DNA of 64,000 nucleotides from a virus: the IMG/VR virus record IMGVR_UViG_3300020048_000012. The stretch is one strand, 5' to 3'. Numbering within the stretch: the stretch's first letter is position 1; each line of letters begins with the position of its first letter. Positions 42,998 through 51,252 of the stretch are shown piece by piece. The notes under the pieces are model-generated. The model was given only the letters and a program-made list of their open reading frames with translations, was not told the origin of the DNA and did not search any database. Position numbers and translations under genes: made by a program.

Positions 42998-45553
42998 TCA
43001 ATTTCCAAAGAAACTTTCTAATGACGCCGACTCTTCTGCTCGCCAATCTATTGCATTAAGAATCAATTTAGCTGGTTCAAGAAATGCTTTGTCGAATTGA
43101 GTGTCATTATCAATATATTGGTGCATTCCAAACTCTGGTGGAAGCACAGTAAAAAATCCAATTACGTTTTCGCGCGTTGGATTGCGCGGATTCAAATGAA
43201 TGTATTTAATCTTCTCGCCATCTTTGATCAATTCATACTTGTTTTCAAGTTGATGCGACTTTAGCATATTGTTATATAAGATCGAAGCTCGAGAGTTAAT
43301 AGGCGTACCCTTCTTGTACACAGTCTTGGCGTCTACATATTGTTTCACAGAACTGACACCACGAGGAAATGCCTTTTCTTCAACTGGTAGAGCGGCAAAT
43401 TCATTGCGGAAGTTGGCAATAAACTTTTGAGTTTCTGCTTCAGTTCCATTGATAAGAATATGAAATAACTTCTTAAATGCTTTACGGCATGGCTCAGGCG
43501 TAGACGACTTAATTGCTTCAATACCCATCATCTTTAATTTCGGTGAGCTATATCGCACACCTTCATTATCCCACACGTTCAGAATGTATCGTTTTTTCGC
43601 AGTCCAGATTCCACGATTAGAAATACCTTCTCGTTTCATGACAATGCGTTCTTTATACGCATTCATGTTTTTAGATAATTCGTTGAACGCCGGAATCAAT
43701 ACATCAGTCTCAATCTTATTAGACACTTTATCAAGAAAATCTACAACTTTGTTGACTGCAATAGAATCATTCATGTCTACTTCACCGAACACCTTTTTCA
43801 CTAGAGCGTCGAATGACACATAAGCAGAGTCAGTATCGCCTGCGATAACGTAGTCTACATCTTTTGTTTTAAGTACTGAGTTGAGATATTCATTGATCTT
43901 CTTATCGGCCCAACGAATAACAAATTGACTTGATACAGTGATGCTTTCGGCGATTTCGATTGCGTAGTAACGAAAGAATCGATTACCAGTTGCACCGAAC
44001 AAAGAGTTCAACAGAATCTTAATTGCAGTTTGAGCATTATCGTGCGTTGCGATTTCTCGTTCAATGCGATATACTTCTTTCTTATTAGTCTTATCGCACT
44101 TCTCGTATTCAGCTTTGAACACCTTTGTCTTGCTTTTCAGTGCAACACGTTCATCGTATAGTTCTTCGATAATCTTTGGAAGAACGCCCTGTTTCTTTCG
44201 TGAAAAGAACTGACCTGTGGCAGACATGGCATAATCGGTATCATTGACATACCCATTAAGCATAGTGTCAACATTCATGCCAGAGACATAATCGCCTTTC
44301 ATTAAAGTTTCAGGAGACATATTTAATAGAACAATTAAGTTCGGATGCATACTATTCACGTCAAACGAAACAACCCAATCGTGCACACCAACTTGAGGCG
44401 GTTTAACGAATGCACCTTCAAACTCTGTTTTATGATTACCTTTAGTTGGAGGAACAATGATATTATCTTTTGCGAGCCAACGATGAATCAATTGATCCCA
44501 AATTGCAGTCGTACCCATTGTATCAGAATAATTGACGCCTGCTTTGTAAGCCAATGTGAACGCAATCGTCAGCATTGCAATCTTATCTTCCATGCGATCG
44601 ACGAGAATCGTGTCTTTGATATTATAGTCTACATATAGCTGTGGATTCTGTTTATATAGATTAGCGAGAGATCCATATTCTGAATAGTCCATCTTGCGTT
44701 CGCCGAGGACTACGTTTGCGATATTATCGAGACGATAATTTTCTTGAGGACCGAATGTGTATCCAAACTTCTGGAACAAATCAAGATAATCGAGTTGGGC
44801 GACGCCAATGATGTCATATACTTGAACTTGTCCTTTACGCATAGTCACCATCTTTTCTTCGATCATTCCCCACGGTGACAATTTGTTTGCAGCTTCATCG
44901 CCAAGAATTCTGATGATTCGATTGATGATGTATGGAATGTCGAATACGCGCGTATTCCAACCAGTGATCACATCTGGTACTGTGAACTCATTATGCCAGA
45001 ATCTAACCAATTCTTGTAGAAGATCGTTCTCTGTCTTGCAATGCGTATAGCGAATCGTAATATCTTTGTGTTCAGTCAATGTTGGATCGTACTTAAGAGT
45101 AGACCAAACATAATATGCGTCGAGCACACTGTCGTGAATAGCGATGGAAGTGATAGGATGTTTTGCCTCTTTGGGCTCTGGAAACCCTCCTCCAGTATCG
45201 CCCGAATAAACTTCAATGTCAATCGTATGAACACGAATCTTTGTTCGATCGAATTTAATTTCAGAAGGAAATTCTTGCGCTAGGAATTGTGCAATGAAAT
45301 TTTGATTGCCATAGATTTTAAAGTTATCTACTTGATCATATTTTTCGCAAAACTCTTTAGCATCGCGCATAGAGTCTAGTTTAATAGGATCTACATTTGT
45401 CCCATCGAGTGCATGAAATTTAGAATCGCCTTTGCCGCGCACGTACAAAGTTGGAGCAAATTTTACTTTTTTCTTGACTCGCGTCCCATCTTGATATCCG
45501 CGATATAGAATAGAATTTCCATAGCGATTAATTGAAGTGTAAAATGTCGTCAT
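42998..45553 (-). CDS. 43: family B DNA polymerase gp43
   Basis: Exonuclease DIEV, GWN..FDIPY, YN.KD; polymerase SFDVNSMHP, KILLNS.FG, GDTDS, GIEAIKSSTP; no intein. Confidence 0.98.
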   Translation of the reverse strand: MTTFYTSINRYGNSILYRGYQDGTRVKKKVKFAPTLYVRGKGDSKFHALDGTNVDPIKLDSMRDAKEFCEKYDQVDNFKIYGNQNFIAQFLAQEFPSEIKFDRTKIRVHTIDIEVYSGDTGGGFPEPKEAKHPITSIAIHDSVLDAYYVWSTLKYDPTLTEHKDITIRYTHCKTENDLLQELVRFWHNEFTVPDVITGWNTRVFDIPYIINRIIRILGDEAANKLSPWGMIEEKMVTMRKGQVQVYDIIGVAQLDYLDLFQKFGYTFGPQENYRLDNIANVVLGERKMDYSEYGSLANLYKQNPQLYVDYNIKDTILVDRMEDKIAMLTIAFTLAYKAGVNYSDTMGTTAIWDQLIHRWLAKDNIIVPPTKGNHKTEFEGAFVKPPQVGVHDWVVSFDVNSMHPNLIVLLNMSPETLMKGDYVSGMNVDTMLNGYVNDTDYAMSATGQFFSRKKQGVLPKIIEELYDERVALKSKTKVFKAEYEKCDKTNKKEVYRIEREIATHDNAQTAIKILLNSLFGATGNRFFRYYAIEIAESITVSSQFVIRWADKKINEYLNSVLKTKDVDYVIAGDTDSAYVSFDALVKKVFGEVDMNDSIAVNKVVDFLDKVSNKIETDVLIPAFNELSKNMNAYKERIVMKREGISNRGIWTAKKRYILNVWDNEGVRYSSPKLKMMGIEAIKSSTPEPCRKAFKKLFHILINGTEAETQKFIANFRNEFAALPVEEKAFPRGVSSVKQYVDAKTVYKKGTPINSRASILYNNMLKSHQLENKYELIKDGEKIKYIHLNPRNPTRENVIGFFTVLPPEFGMHQYIDNDTQFDKAFLEPAKLILNAIDWRAEESASLESFFGN

Positions 45554-45567
45554 GTGTTCCCATAATG

Positions 45568-45602
45568 AAAAAAGCCGTGATATAGCAATTATATCACGGC
45601 TT
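45568..45602 (-). terminator. intrinsic terminator (13-bp stem) overlapping a promoter -10 box
   Basis: AAGCCGTGATATA-attgc-TATATCACGGCTT-TTTT; TATAAT at 45588-45593 with TGTAAT 17 bp upstream. Confidence 0.75.
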
Positions 45603-45618
45603 GTATTAAGATTACAAT

Positions 45619-45915
45619 CTATTTGGGCATTTGATTAGCAATAATAATTCCTGCACCAAAAATGCGATTATACTCATTTTCTACTTGTTGATCAACGTCA
45701 AACGTAGCGTTAATGCTATATTTGAAGATAGTGATATTGCCATCGGCGAATGGGACAAATGGTTGCAATCCAACTCCCATTCTGCCTGGTTCTACTTCTT
45801 GCGTGATCATTTGCGCCGCGGATTTAATAACAATCGAATCATTATTATCTGCAACTTGTTCAGCAAGAACAATTTCACCAGTGACTAGTCTAAATCCTTT
45901 AACGCTCATATACAT
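45619..45915 (-). CDS. conserved T4-like hypothetical protein (Sm-like fold likely)
   Basis: K.FRLVTGEIV.A...LQPFVPF...EYNRIFG.GII pattern common after hsp20 in T4-like phages. Confidence 0.7.
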   Translation of the reverse strand: MYMSVKGFRLVTGEIVLAEQVADNNDSIVIKSAAQMITQEVEPGRMGVGLQPFVPFADGNITIFKYSINATFDVDQQVENEYNRIFGAGIIIANQMPK

Positions 45916-45917
45916 CC

Positions 45918-46394
45918 TTATTCGTTTAAGAGTTGTTTCGAACTCTTTGTTTTCACTTCAATTTTCTTTGCTTTTTTGTGTTCAGGAATAATACGTTCAA
46001 GGAATACCTTCAACATACCATTGAACAACTCGGCGTCTTTCACTTCAATTTGGTCATCAAGGACAAACGCTCGAGTGAAGGCGCGATTTGCGATTCCTTT
46101 AAACAGGAACACATTATCGGCTTCAGTTGGTTCATCGCTCGCAGTATTACCGCGAATGATAAGTTTGCCATCAACTAATTCGATTTCAATATCTTGTTTA
46201 GCGAAACCAGCGACTGCAAGTTCAACCAAGTACGTGTTTTCACCCGTCTTTTTGATATTGTATGGGGGATAGTTCGGAATTCCTTTTGTCAAGTCGTCGT
46301 GCATTTTTGCAAAACGATTGAATTGTTCGTCGAAACCAACAAAAAATTTGTCAGCGTCTTTGAAACCAGGTCCGAAAAGTGCGAGATTTGTCAT
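45918..46394 (-). CDS. small heat-shock protein Hsp20 (IbpA-like)
   Basis: YPPYNI, ELAVAGF...DIEI, FKGIANRAFTR.F, A.L.NG.L.V.L..IIPE.KK. Confidence 0.95.
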   Translation of the reverse strand: MTNLALFGPGFKDADKFFVGFDEQFNRFAKMHDDLTKGIPNYPPYNIKKTGENTYLVELAVAGFAKQDIEIELVDGKLIIRGNTASDEPTEADNVFLFKGIANRAFTRAFVLDDQIEVKDAELFNGMLKVFLERIIPEHKKAKKIEVKTKSSKQLLNE

Positions 46395-46420
46395 GCTATG
46401 TTCTCCTATAAAAGCAAGAT
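46392..46420 (-). promoter_or_regulatory. ROSE-like RNA thermometer hairpin over the hsp20 RBS
   Basis: CUUGCU-uuuau-AGGAG: the UUGCU element pairs with the SD with a bulged G, as in ROSE. Confidence 0.55.
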
Positions 46421-46429
46421 TAAGTTTAA

Positions 46430-46726
46430 ATGTACCCCGAAGGCGTACGGTAATGTTGGTTACGATTCCAACGTAGGCATTTCGTTCCTACCGCAATCTT
46501 GATACGCTATTATTTTCGCAAGCGTGTTTGGCAGCACTCTTGGGGAGATTAGATAGTCTCCTATTACTCAGCTATAGTTACTGAGGACGCCTGAGCTTTC
46601 GCTCTAACCGTTAGCATCAACGGACCTAAGGCAGGTTTGTTTGATGTCACATTAGTCGACATCGAATTAGTTATGCGTTTTAACTTATGGCGTAGGTCGC
46701 ATCCCCTGCCACTCCCATCCCAGGGG
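46430..46726 (-). ncRNA. candidate ~300-nt structured RNA (hsp20 leader or sRNA)
   Basis: About ten hairpins, including gagc-GAAA-gctc (46593-46604) and a UUCG hairpin (46432-46448), plus long-range pairing of 46702-46710 with 46530-46546. Confidence 0.5.
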
Positions 46727-46921
46727 TTATGCTGCAACTGGTTCTTGCGGAACTTCGACTGCCACTTGGGCCGCTGCGAGTTCTGCTTGAACTCGTTGCA
46801 ATTGAGGCTCAGCTTGTTGCTTAAGCTTACCAATCAGATTGGCTACTTGTTCGAAAGGTGCTTTGCCCAATGCAGCCAAGACTAGATTGGCTTCGTCAAG
46901 TGTCAATTCAAAATGAAACAT
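46727..46921 (-). CDS. small hypothetical protein
   Basis: LTLDEANLVLAALGKAPF..VA.LI.K..QQA motif common in phages; GGAG RBS before MFHF. Confidence 0.75.
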   Translation of the reverse strand: MFHFELTLDEANLVLAALGKAPFEQVANLIGKLKQQAEPQLQRVQAELAAAQVAVEVPQEPVAA

Positions 46922-46960
46922 AGTTATTTTCTCCAAATGTTAATGATTAATTTCACGGTC

Positions 46961-47380
46961 TTAATTAGTATGAGGCTTTTTGCCAATCGAATACTTAGCG
47001 ATTAAAGACCAATCGCTCTTTTCTCTAAATGCTACTACTTTAATCTGTGACAATGATACGCGTGGTCCAATATCCCCAGTGATTTTCAGTAATCCCCAAT
47101 CTTGCAGTAATACAGCAATCGTGCTTCTACGTTCAATATCATCGATTGTGATGTTAGCCTCTTTTCCATCTAGTGCAAATAATTCTTTAAAATGCACAAT
47201 AAAATATCGACCTTGCTTATGCAAAATATGACAAGATTGATACAGTGTTTTATCTTTGCGTGATGCAATACCTATGCGCGTAAGAGTTTCTCGCACTTTA
47301 AGAAAATTATCCGGTTCAGGGAGAGACACCTCCATCATCGAATCCGGCGTCCAATCAAAGTAAATTAATTCAGTGTTCAT
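46961..47380 (-). CDS. regA: translational repressor RegA
   Basis: PDNFLKVRETLTRIGIAS...LYQSCHILHKQGRYFIVHFKELF.LDG. Confidence 0.97.
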   Translation of the reverse strand: MNTELIYFDWTPDSMMEVSLPEPDNFLKVRETLTRIGIASRKDKTLYQSCHILHKQGRYFIVHFKELFALDGKEANITIDDIERRSTIAVLLQDWGLLKITGDIGPRVSLSQIKVVAFREKSDWSLIAKYSIGKKPHTN

Positions 47381-47417
47381 TTCACAATTCCTATATTGTT
47401 ATCATTATCAACTGAAT

Positions 47418-47425
47418 TATTTATA
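47418..47425 (-). promoter_or_regulatory. T4-type late promoter
   Basis: TATAAATA upstream of regA. Confidence 0.6.
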
Positions 47426-47429
47426 CGCG

Positions 47430-47813
47430 TTATCGACCTCCTGTAGAATATTTTGCGCGAAGATCTTTTAATTGATCTTCTGTCAATATTTCTAATGCAA
47501 TCGCAGCCTTTTGAGCTGAGTATGAATACACATTCATCACAAGAGCAAGATCATCTGAGTTTTTATCTTTCTTATGCCATTTTGAGAATCGCTTCTTCTT
47601 AGGAAGAGCATGAATAAAGAAGTCAAACTGCCATGTTTTTGGTATGCTAGCGACTCTATTCATTTCATTTGCATATAGAATAGAGTCGCTATGGTATGAT
47701 AATGCTCTATTCACCATGAAAGGAACATAGTCTTTCTCGGATTGAGGATCCTCACGTATGAGATCCTTTTTCGTGTCATTGATACACGTCAGAAAATCAA
47801 AGAATGAACTCAT
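47430..47813 (-). CDS. 62: clamp loader small subunit gp62
   Basis: YVPFMVNRALS...LYANEMN...QFDF...KKKRFSKW.K. Confidence 0.92.
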   Translation of the reverse strand: MSSFFDFLTCINDTKKDLIREDPQSEKDYVPFMVNRALSYHSDSILYANEMNRVASIPKTWQFDFFIHALPKKKRFSKWHKKDKNSDDLALVMNVYSYSAQKAAIALEILTEDQLKDLRAKYSTGGR

Positions 47814-48118
47814 TTTGAAAATTCGTCCATATCAGTTTGTGTTGCAAGAACATTGATGTTTTCATATGTCTTTTTAAAATATTCTTTCATTTCTTCTAAA
47901 CTGCGCACTTGCACGATAAATGCACCAGTGCTTTCATTATACACCAAATACGAATCATGTTCTTTTCTAATTTTCACTTTTATGGTATTGGCGTCTATAG
48001 CTTCTTCGGCTTTAGCAAAATGCCTTTCGACAATAACTTGTGCTACATGTTCACGAAAGCGCCAACCGCCATAAAACGATATGCACATCAACGCGATTAC
48101 TAATAGTGCTTCGATCAT
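47810..48118 (-). CDS. hypothetical protein with N-terminal TM, inserted between 44 and 62
   Basis: 102 aa; ATGA overlaps on both sides. Confidence 0.65.
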   Translation of the reverse strand: MIEALLVIALMCISFYGGWRFREHVAQVIVERHFAKAEEAIDANTIKVKIRKEHDSYLVYNESTGAFIVQVRSLEEMKEYFKKTYENINVLATQTDMDEFSK

Positions 48119-49053
48119 TTAAATTTACAAGATGCCATGATTTCAGTGAGCGCTGCCATCGTATTAATTTCACGATCTGCTACGAATGCATTCTTAAATT
48201 GATAATCAGCAAGGATTAGGATCAATTGTGGAATGGATGGTGCTTCTACACAATCAACAGATTTGTCATACAACTTGCGAAACAACTCAGTCGGTTCTGT
48301 ATCAGAATTCTTTCCAACCCACTTACGGACTTCAGTAAAGTTCTTAGACTTAAGATTTTTAACTAACTCAGCGTACGATTCTTCGCCAACGTTAACTAAA
48401 AGGCCCGCGTCAATCGTTCCACTCACAGAGTATCGCTGTAATTCATTTAAAATACGACGATAATCTGGGAAATATTTTGATACCAATTCAACGACGACCT
48501 TAGGTTCAAAAGTAATCTTTTCGTCCTTAAGAATATGAGTAACTCGCTTATAAAACGAACTCATAATTGCAGGCTTATCTTTATTGTCTACTTTAAATTC
48601 GACCACCGCGCAACGAGAATGCAGAGGTTCGATGATTCGATTTTTAAAGTTGCACGTAAAGATGAATCTACAGTTATTACTAAACTCTTCAATAAATCCG
48701 CGTAACGCAGGCTGAGTAGAATTTGCATTCAAATAATCAGCTTCATCAAGAATAACGACTTTCTTAGAGTCTGTCAATGATACTGAAGACGCAAAGTTCT
48801 TAATTTTACTACGAAGAACATCGATACCCGACTCTTCAGATCCATTGATGAAAAGATATTCTACGCCAACTTCATTGCACAGTGCTTTAGCAACAGTAGT
48901 TTTACCAACACCTGCGCCGCCACAAAATAGAAAGTTTGGAAGTTCACCTGACGCGATAAACTCGCGAAAAGTCTTTTTCATTGACTCTGGCAAAATGCAC
49001 TCGTCAATTGATCGAGGTCGGTATTTCTCAACCCATAGGTATTGTTCACTCAT
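48115..49053 (-). CDS. 44: clamp loader large subunit gp44
   Basis: LWVEKYRP, GGAGVGKTT, ILDEAD, SRC motif, FPDYRR; start moved to MSEQY. Confidence 0.97.
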   Translation of the reverse strand: MSEQYLWVEKYRPRSIDECILPESMKKTFREFIASGELPNFLFCGGAGVGKTTVAKALCNEVGVEYLFINGSEESGIDVLRSKIKNFASSVSLTDSKKVVILDEADYLNANSTQPALRGFIEEFSNNCRFIFTCNFKNRIIEPLHSRCAVVEFKVDNKDKPAIMSSFYKRVTHILKDEKITFEPKVVVELVSKYFPDYRRILNELQRYSVSGTIDAGLLVNVGEESYAELVKNLKSKNFTEVRKWVGKNSDTEPTELFRKLYDKSVDCVEAPSIPQLILILADYQFKNAFVADREINTMAALTEIMASCKFK

Positions 49054-49121
49054 CGTAACCTTTTCCAAAACCAATGTAAATGTTAATTTTAATTAAGCTA
49101 ATATTGATCGAGATAGAGTGC

Positions 49122-49145
49122 GGGAATCTACTTGCGTAAATTCCC
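49122..49145 (-). other. 10-bp GNRA-capped hairpin in the 45-44 intergenic region
   Basis: GGGAATTTAC-GCAA-GTAGATTCCC; no U tract. Confidence 0.5.
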
Positions 49146-49194
49146 AAGCTAAATCCATCAAGAGGTGCGATTTCAAAGCGTGGGCCTGATCCCA

Positions 49195-49854
49195 TCAGAA
49201 CTCCGAATCCGCTTCAATTGCTACAAAATAAGTCAAATCAGACGTCTTAGATGTAAATCGAGAGATTTTTTTATTCGAAATGCCAACGGTATAATCGCCA
49301 GGCAACATTTTCAGATTTTCGATTTTAAGGTTTGCTTTGAATGTTTCTTCTGTCTCGCCGATATCAACTTGATATGCATTAGAGGTTGCATTCTTTTTAT
49401 CGGTCACAAACACTCTCAGCATAGATCCATCGCCTACAACAGATACGTCTGAAGCTTTAAGTGCAGAGGCGGTCTTAAGAATCATTGCAAGTTGCGCCGC
49501 ATCAATTTCAAATTCGACATCAGGGCTTGGAAATTTGATCGTCGATGGAGCTGCCTTAACGATCCCATCACCTGCAGCAAAATATTTAATTTTACTCGTT
49601 CCACCATCACTGATCATGACGTATTTATCAGAGAATTCAAGTTGCGTATTAGTAAAGATACCAATTGCACTCAAAAATTCATTAAGGTCATAAATACCAA
49701 AATCAGATGGAAAGCTTTCAGTAAGGGTCACTGTCGCCATAACATTTTTGCCCTCGCTAATAGTAGATAGGACATTGCCTTGCTTGAGGACAATAGACCC
49801 ATTAATGCTTGCAAAATTACGAATGAGCGTTAGGGTTTCTTTAGATAGGTTCAT
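49195..49854 (-). CDS. 45: sliding clamp gp45
   Basis: MNLSKETL..I.NFASIN.S, FGIYDLNEFL, ENLKMLPGDY, YFVAIE.DS. Confidence 0.96.
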   Translation of the reverse strand: MNLSKETLTLIRNFASINGSIVLKQGNVLSTISEGKNVMATVTLTESFPSDFGIYDLNEFLSAIGIFTNTQLEFSDKYVMISDGGTSKIKYFAAGDGIVKAAPSTIKFPSPDVEFEIDAAQLAMILKTASALKASDVSVVGDGSMLRVFVTDKKNATSNAYQVDIGETEETFKANLKIENLKMLPGDYTVGISNKKISRFTSKTSDLTYFVAIEADSEF

Positions 49855-49862
49855 GTGTTTCC

Positions 49863-50207
49863 TTATTGAGATTTGAGAGGTGCGATACGATTTAATTGCA
49901 ACGTTATCATTGCATTCTTAGTGACATCTTTACGAATTAAAGTGTTTTTAATATCGCTCCATGTATTACTATTATAATCTGTATTCCAATTAAATTCTTT
50001 TCCATTTGGAAAAAATTGTGCATTGGTGACAAATTCGTAACAGACTTTTACTTTTTTCTCGCCATCAGTTTCTATATAGCCTTTGTAAATCCCTTTACTA
50101 AACCTAACGCTGTGGCCATAACTGGTTGTCACATATACGACTTCATCGCCGACATTCACTTCGCCAAATTTTGACATGAATGGCTTTTCGATAAGCGCCT
50201 TTTTCAT
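49863..50207 (-). CDS. hypothetical protein (paralog of 11738..12109)
   Basis: See the shared motifs listed for 11738..12109. Confidence 0.72.
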   Translation of the reverse strand: MKKALIEKPFMSKFGEVNVGDEVVYVTTSYGHSVRFSKGIYKGYIETDGEKKVKVCYEFVTNAQFFPNGKEFNWNTDYNSNTWSDIKNTLIRKDVTKNAMITLQLNRIAPLKSQ

Positions 50208-50584
50208 TTCATTGCCTTTGTATTCAAATACGTCTTAAATTCTATTGCAAGCTTGTCGTGCTGTTCGTCGCTGCAATGTAAAGTCCATTCTTTAACAGTC
50301 TTAGTGTCTACAACAACAGCATAATTGTTTTTGTCAACGCCAGTCGTGTTAATAAAATATCCAATGATAGAAACAGGGCGTGATCCCGACATAATTCGCT
50401 CGAATGCGAATGCGTGCATTCCACTCCAGTCAATCACGAATTCAGAATCCTGAGTATGTTGTTCAATTTGTTTCAAAGTAGTTTGAGCACTCTCTAATTC
50501 ATGTTTTAGATTAGTAACGGCTTGTTCTAATTTTAGAATCTCGTCATAATCTGCTTCACACTTTTTGCTATTAAATAATTTCAT
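50204..50584 (-). CDS. hypothetical protein
   Basis: 126 aa with an N-terminal coiled coil. Confidence 0.7.
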   Translation of the reverse strand: MKLFNSKKCEADYDEILKLEQAVTNLKHELESAQTTLKQIEQHTQDSEFVIDWSGMHAFAFERIMSGSRPVSIIGYFINTTGVDKNNYAVVVDTKTVKEWTLHCSDEQHDKLAIEFKTYLNTKAMK

Positions 50585-50898
50585 TTTTCGTCCTTAGAGT
50601 ATTTTATATCATGTTCATATAGAAAGCTCAAGCAACAAAGCGCATGAGCTAAGTGATGAAGTCCTGTTTCTTGATCTAAAACTTCACCTTCTTTCCAAGC
50701 CCATGCATGTCGCATTAGCGCATCAAAGTATCGATGCTTAGAATCTTCTACGTACTTCCAATTGTCCGGTTCATATTTCTCAGCACCAAAGGTAAGCACT
50801 CTCACCATTTCTTTTAATGCTAATGGCGGAGTAAGACCATAGCGCAACTTGCCGCTATCGAATTTACGACCTATCGTTTCAGTATTATCTTTAGTCAT
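50581..50898 (-). CDS. dATP/dGTP diphosphohydrolase N-terminal-like (DUF5664-type) protein
   Basis: K.D.GK.R..L.P...V..VL.FGA.KY..DNW...RY.DA..RH...D.ETGL.HLAHA.CC..FL. Confidence 0.8.
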   Translation of the reverse strand: MTKDNTETIGRKFDSGKLRYGLTPPLALKEMVRVLTFGAEKYEPDNWKYVEDSKHRYFDALMRHAWAWKEGEVLDQETGLHHLAHALCCLSFLYEHDIKYSKDEK

Positions 50899-51237
50899 TT
50901 ATACCTCTACGCCTGCTTCGCGAAGTTCGTCAATAAATTCTTGATCAACTGGGTTTGCATCCTTTGTCAATCGACGCGCCACGACAGAAACAATATCTTC
51001 ATTTGTTACGTTTGGAGCAGGAAAAACATACGCACCTCGCCCTAGTTTTTCTCCTTTAACGAGCCACATCGGATATCCGATTTTATCACCGCCTGTTGCT
51101 CGCAATTCTTTGAGCTTGAAGTAGAGTTCTTCAACTTCAGTTCGAGTAATAGAATTTGCATTAGCCAATTCTGGTCGAATAACAATAAATGCGTCAACGA
51201 CACGTTTTTGCACAGGTGATAGATCAGTGTAATTCAT
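50899..51237 (-). CDS. hypothetical protein resembling the N-terminal domain of the adjacent CobS-like ATPase
   Basis: ITR.EV...YP.WL...K..RG.Y compared with VSRKQI...FP.WI...R..RG.Y. Confidence 0.7.
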   Translation of the reverse strand: MNYTDLSPVQKRVVDAFIVIRPELANANSITRTEVEELYFKLKELRATGGDKIGYPMWLVKGEKLGRGAYVFPAPNVTNEDIVSVVARRLTKDANPVDQEFIDELREAGVEV

Positions 51238-51252
51238 AATATAATTTCCTAT

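Noticed and set aside
46430-46726. Group I intron, tRNA or tmRNA identity for the structured region
   Set aside because: No paired P7 (R/S) elements, cloverleaf, T-loop or tag reading frame found, and no interrupted gene flanks it.
46564-46833. 89-aa minus-strand ORF over the structured region
   Set aside because: Overlaps the better-supported 46727..46921 gene, lacks an RBS and has atypical composition; an RNA-structure explanation fits better.
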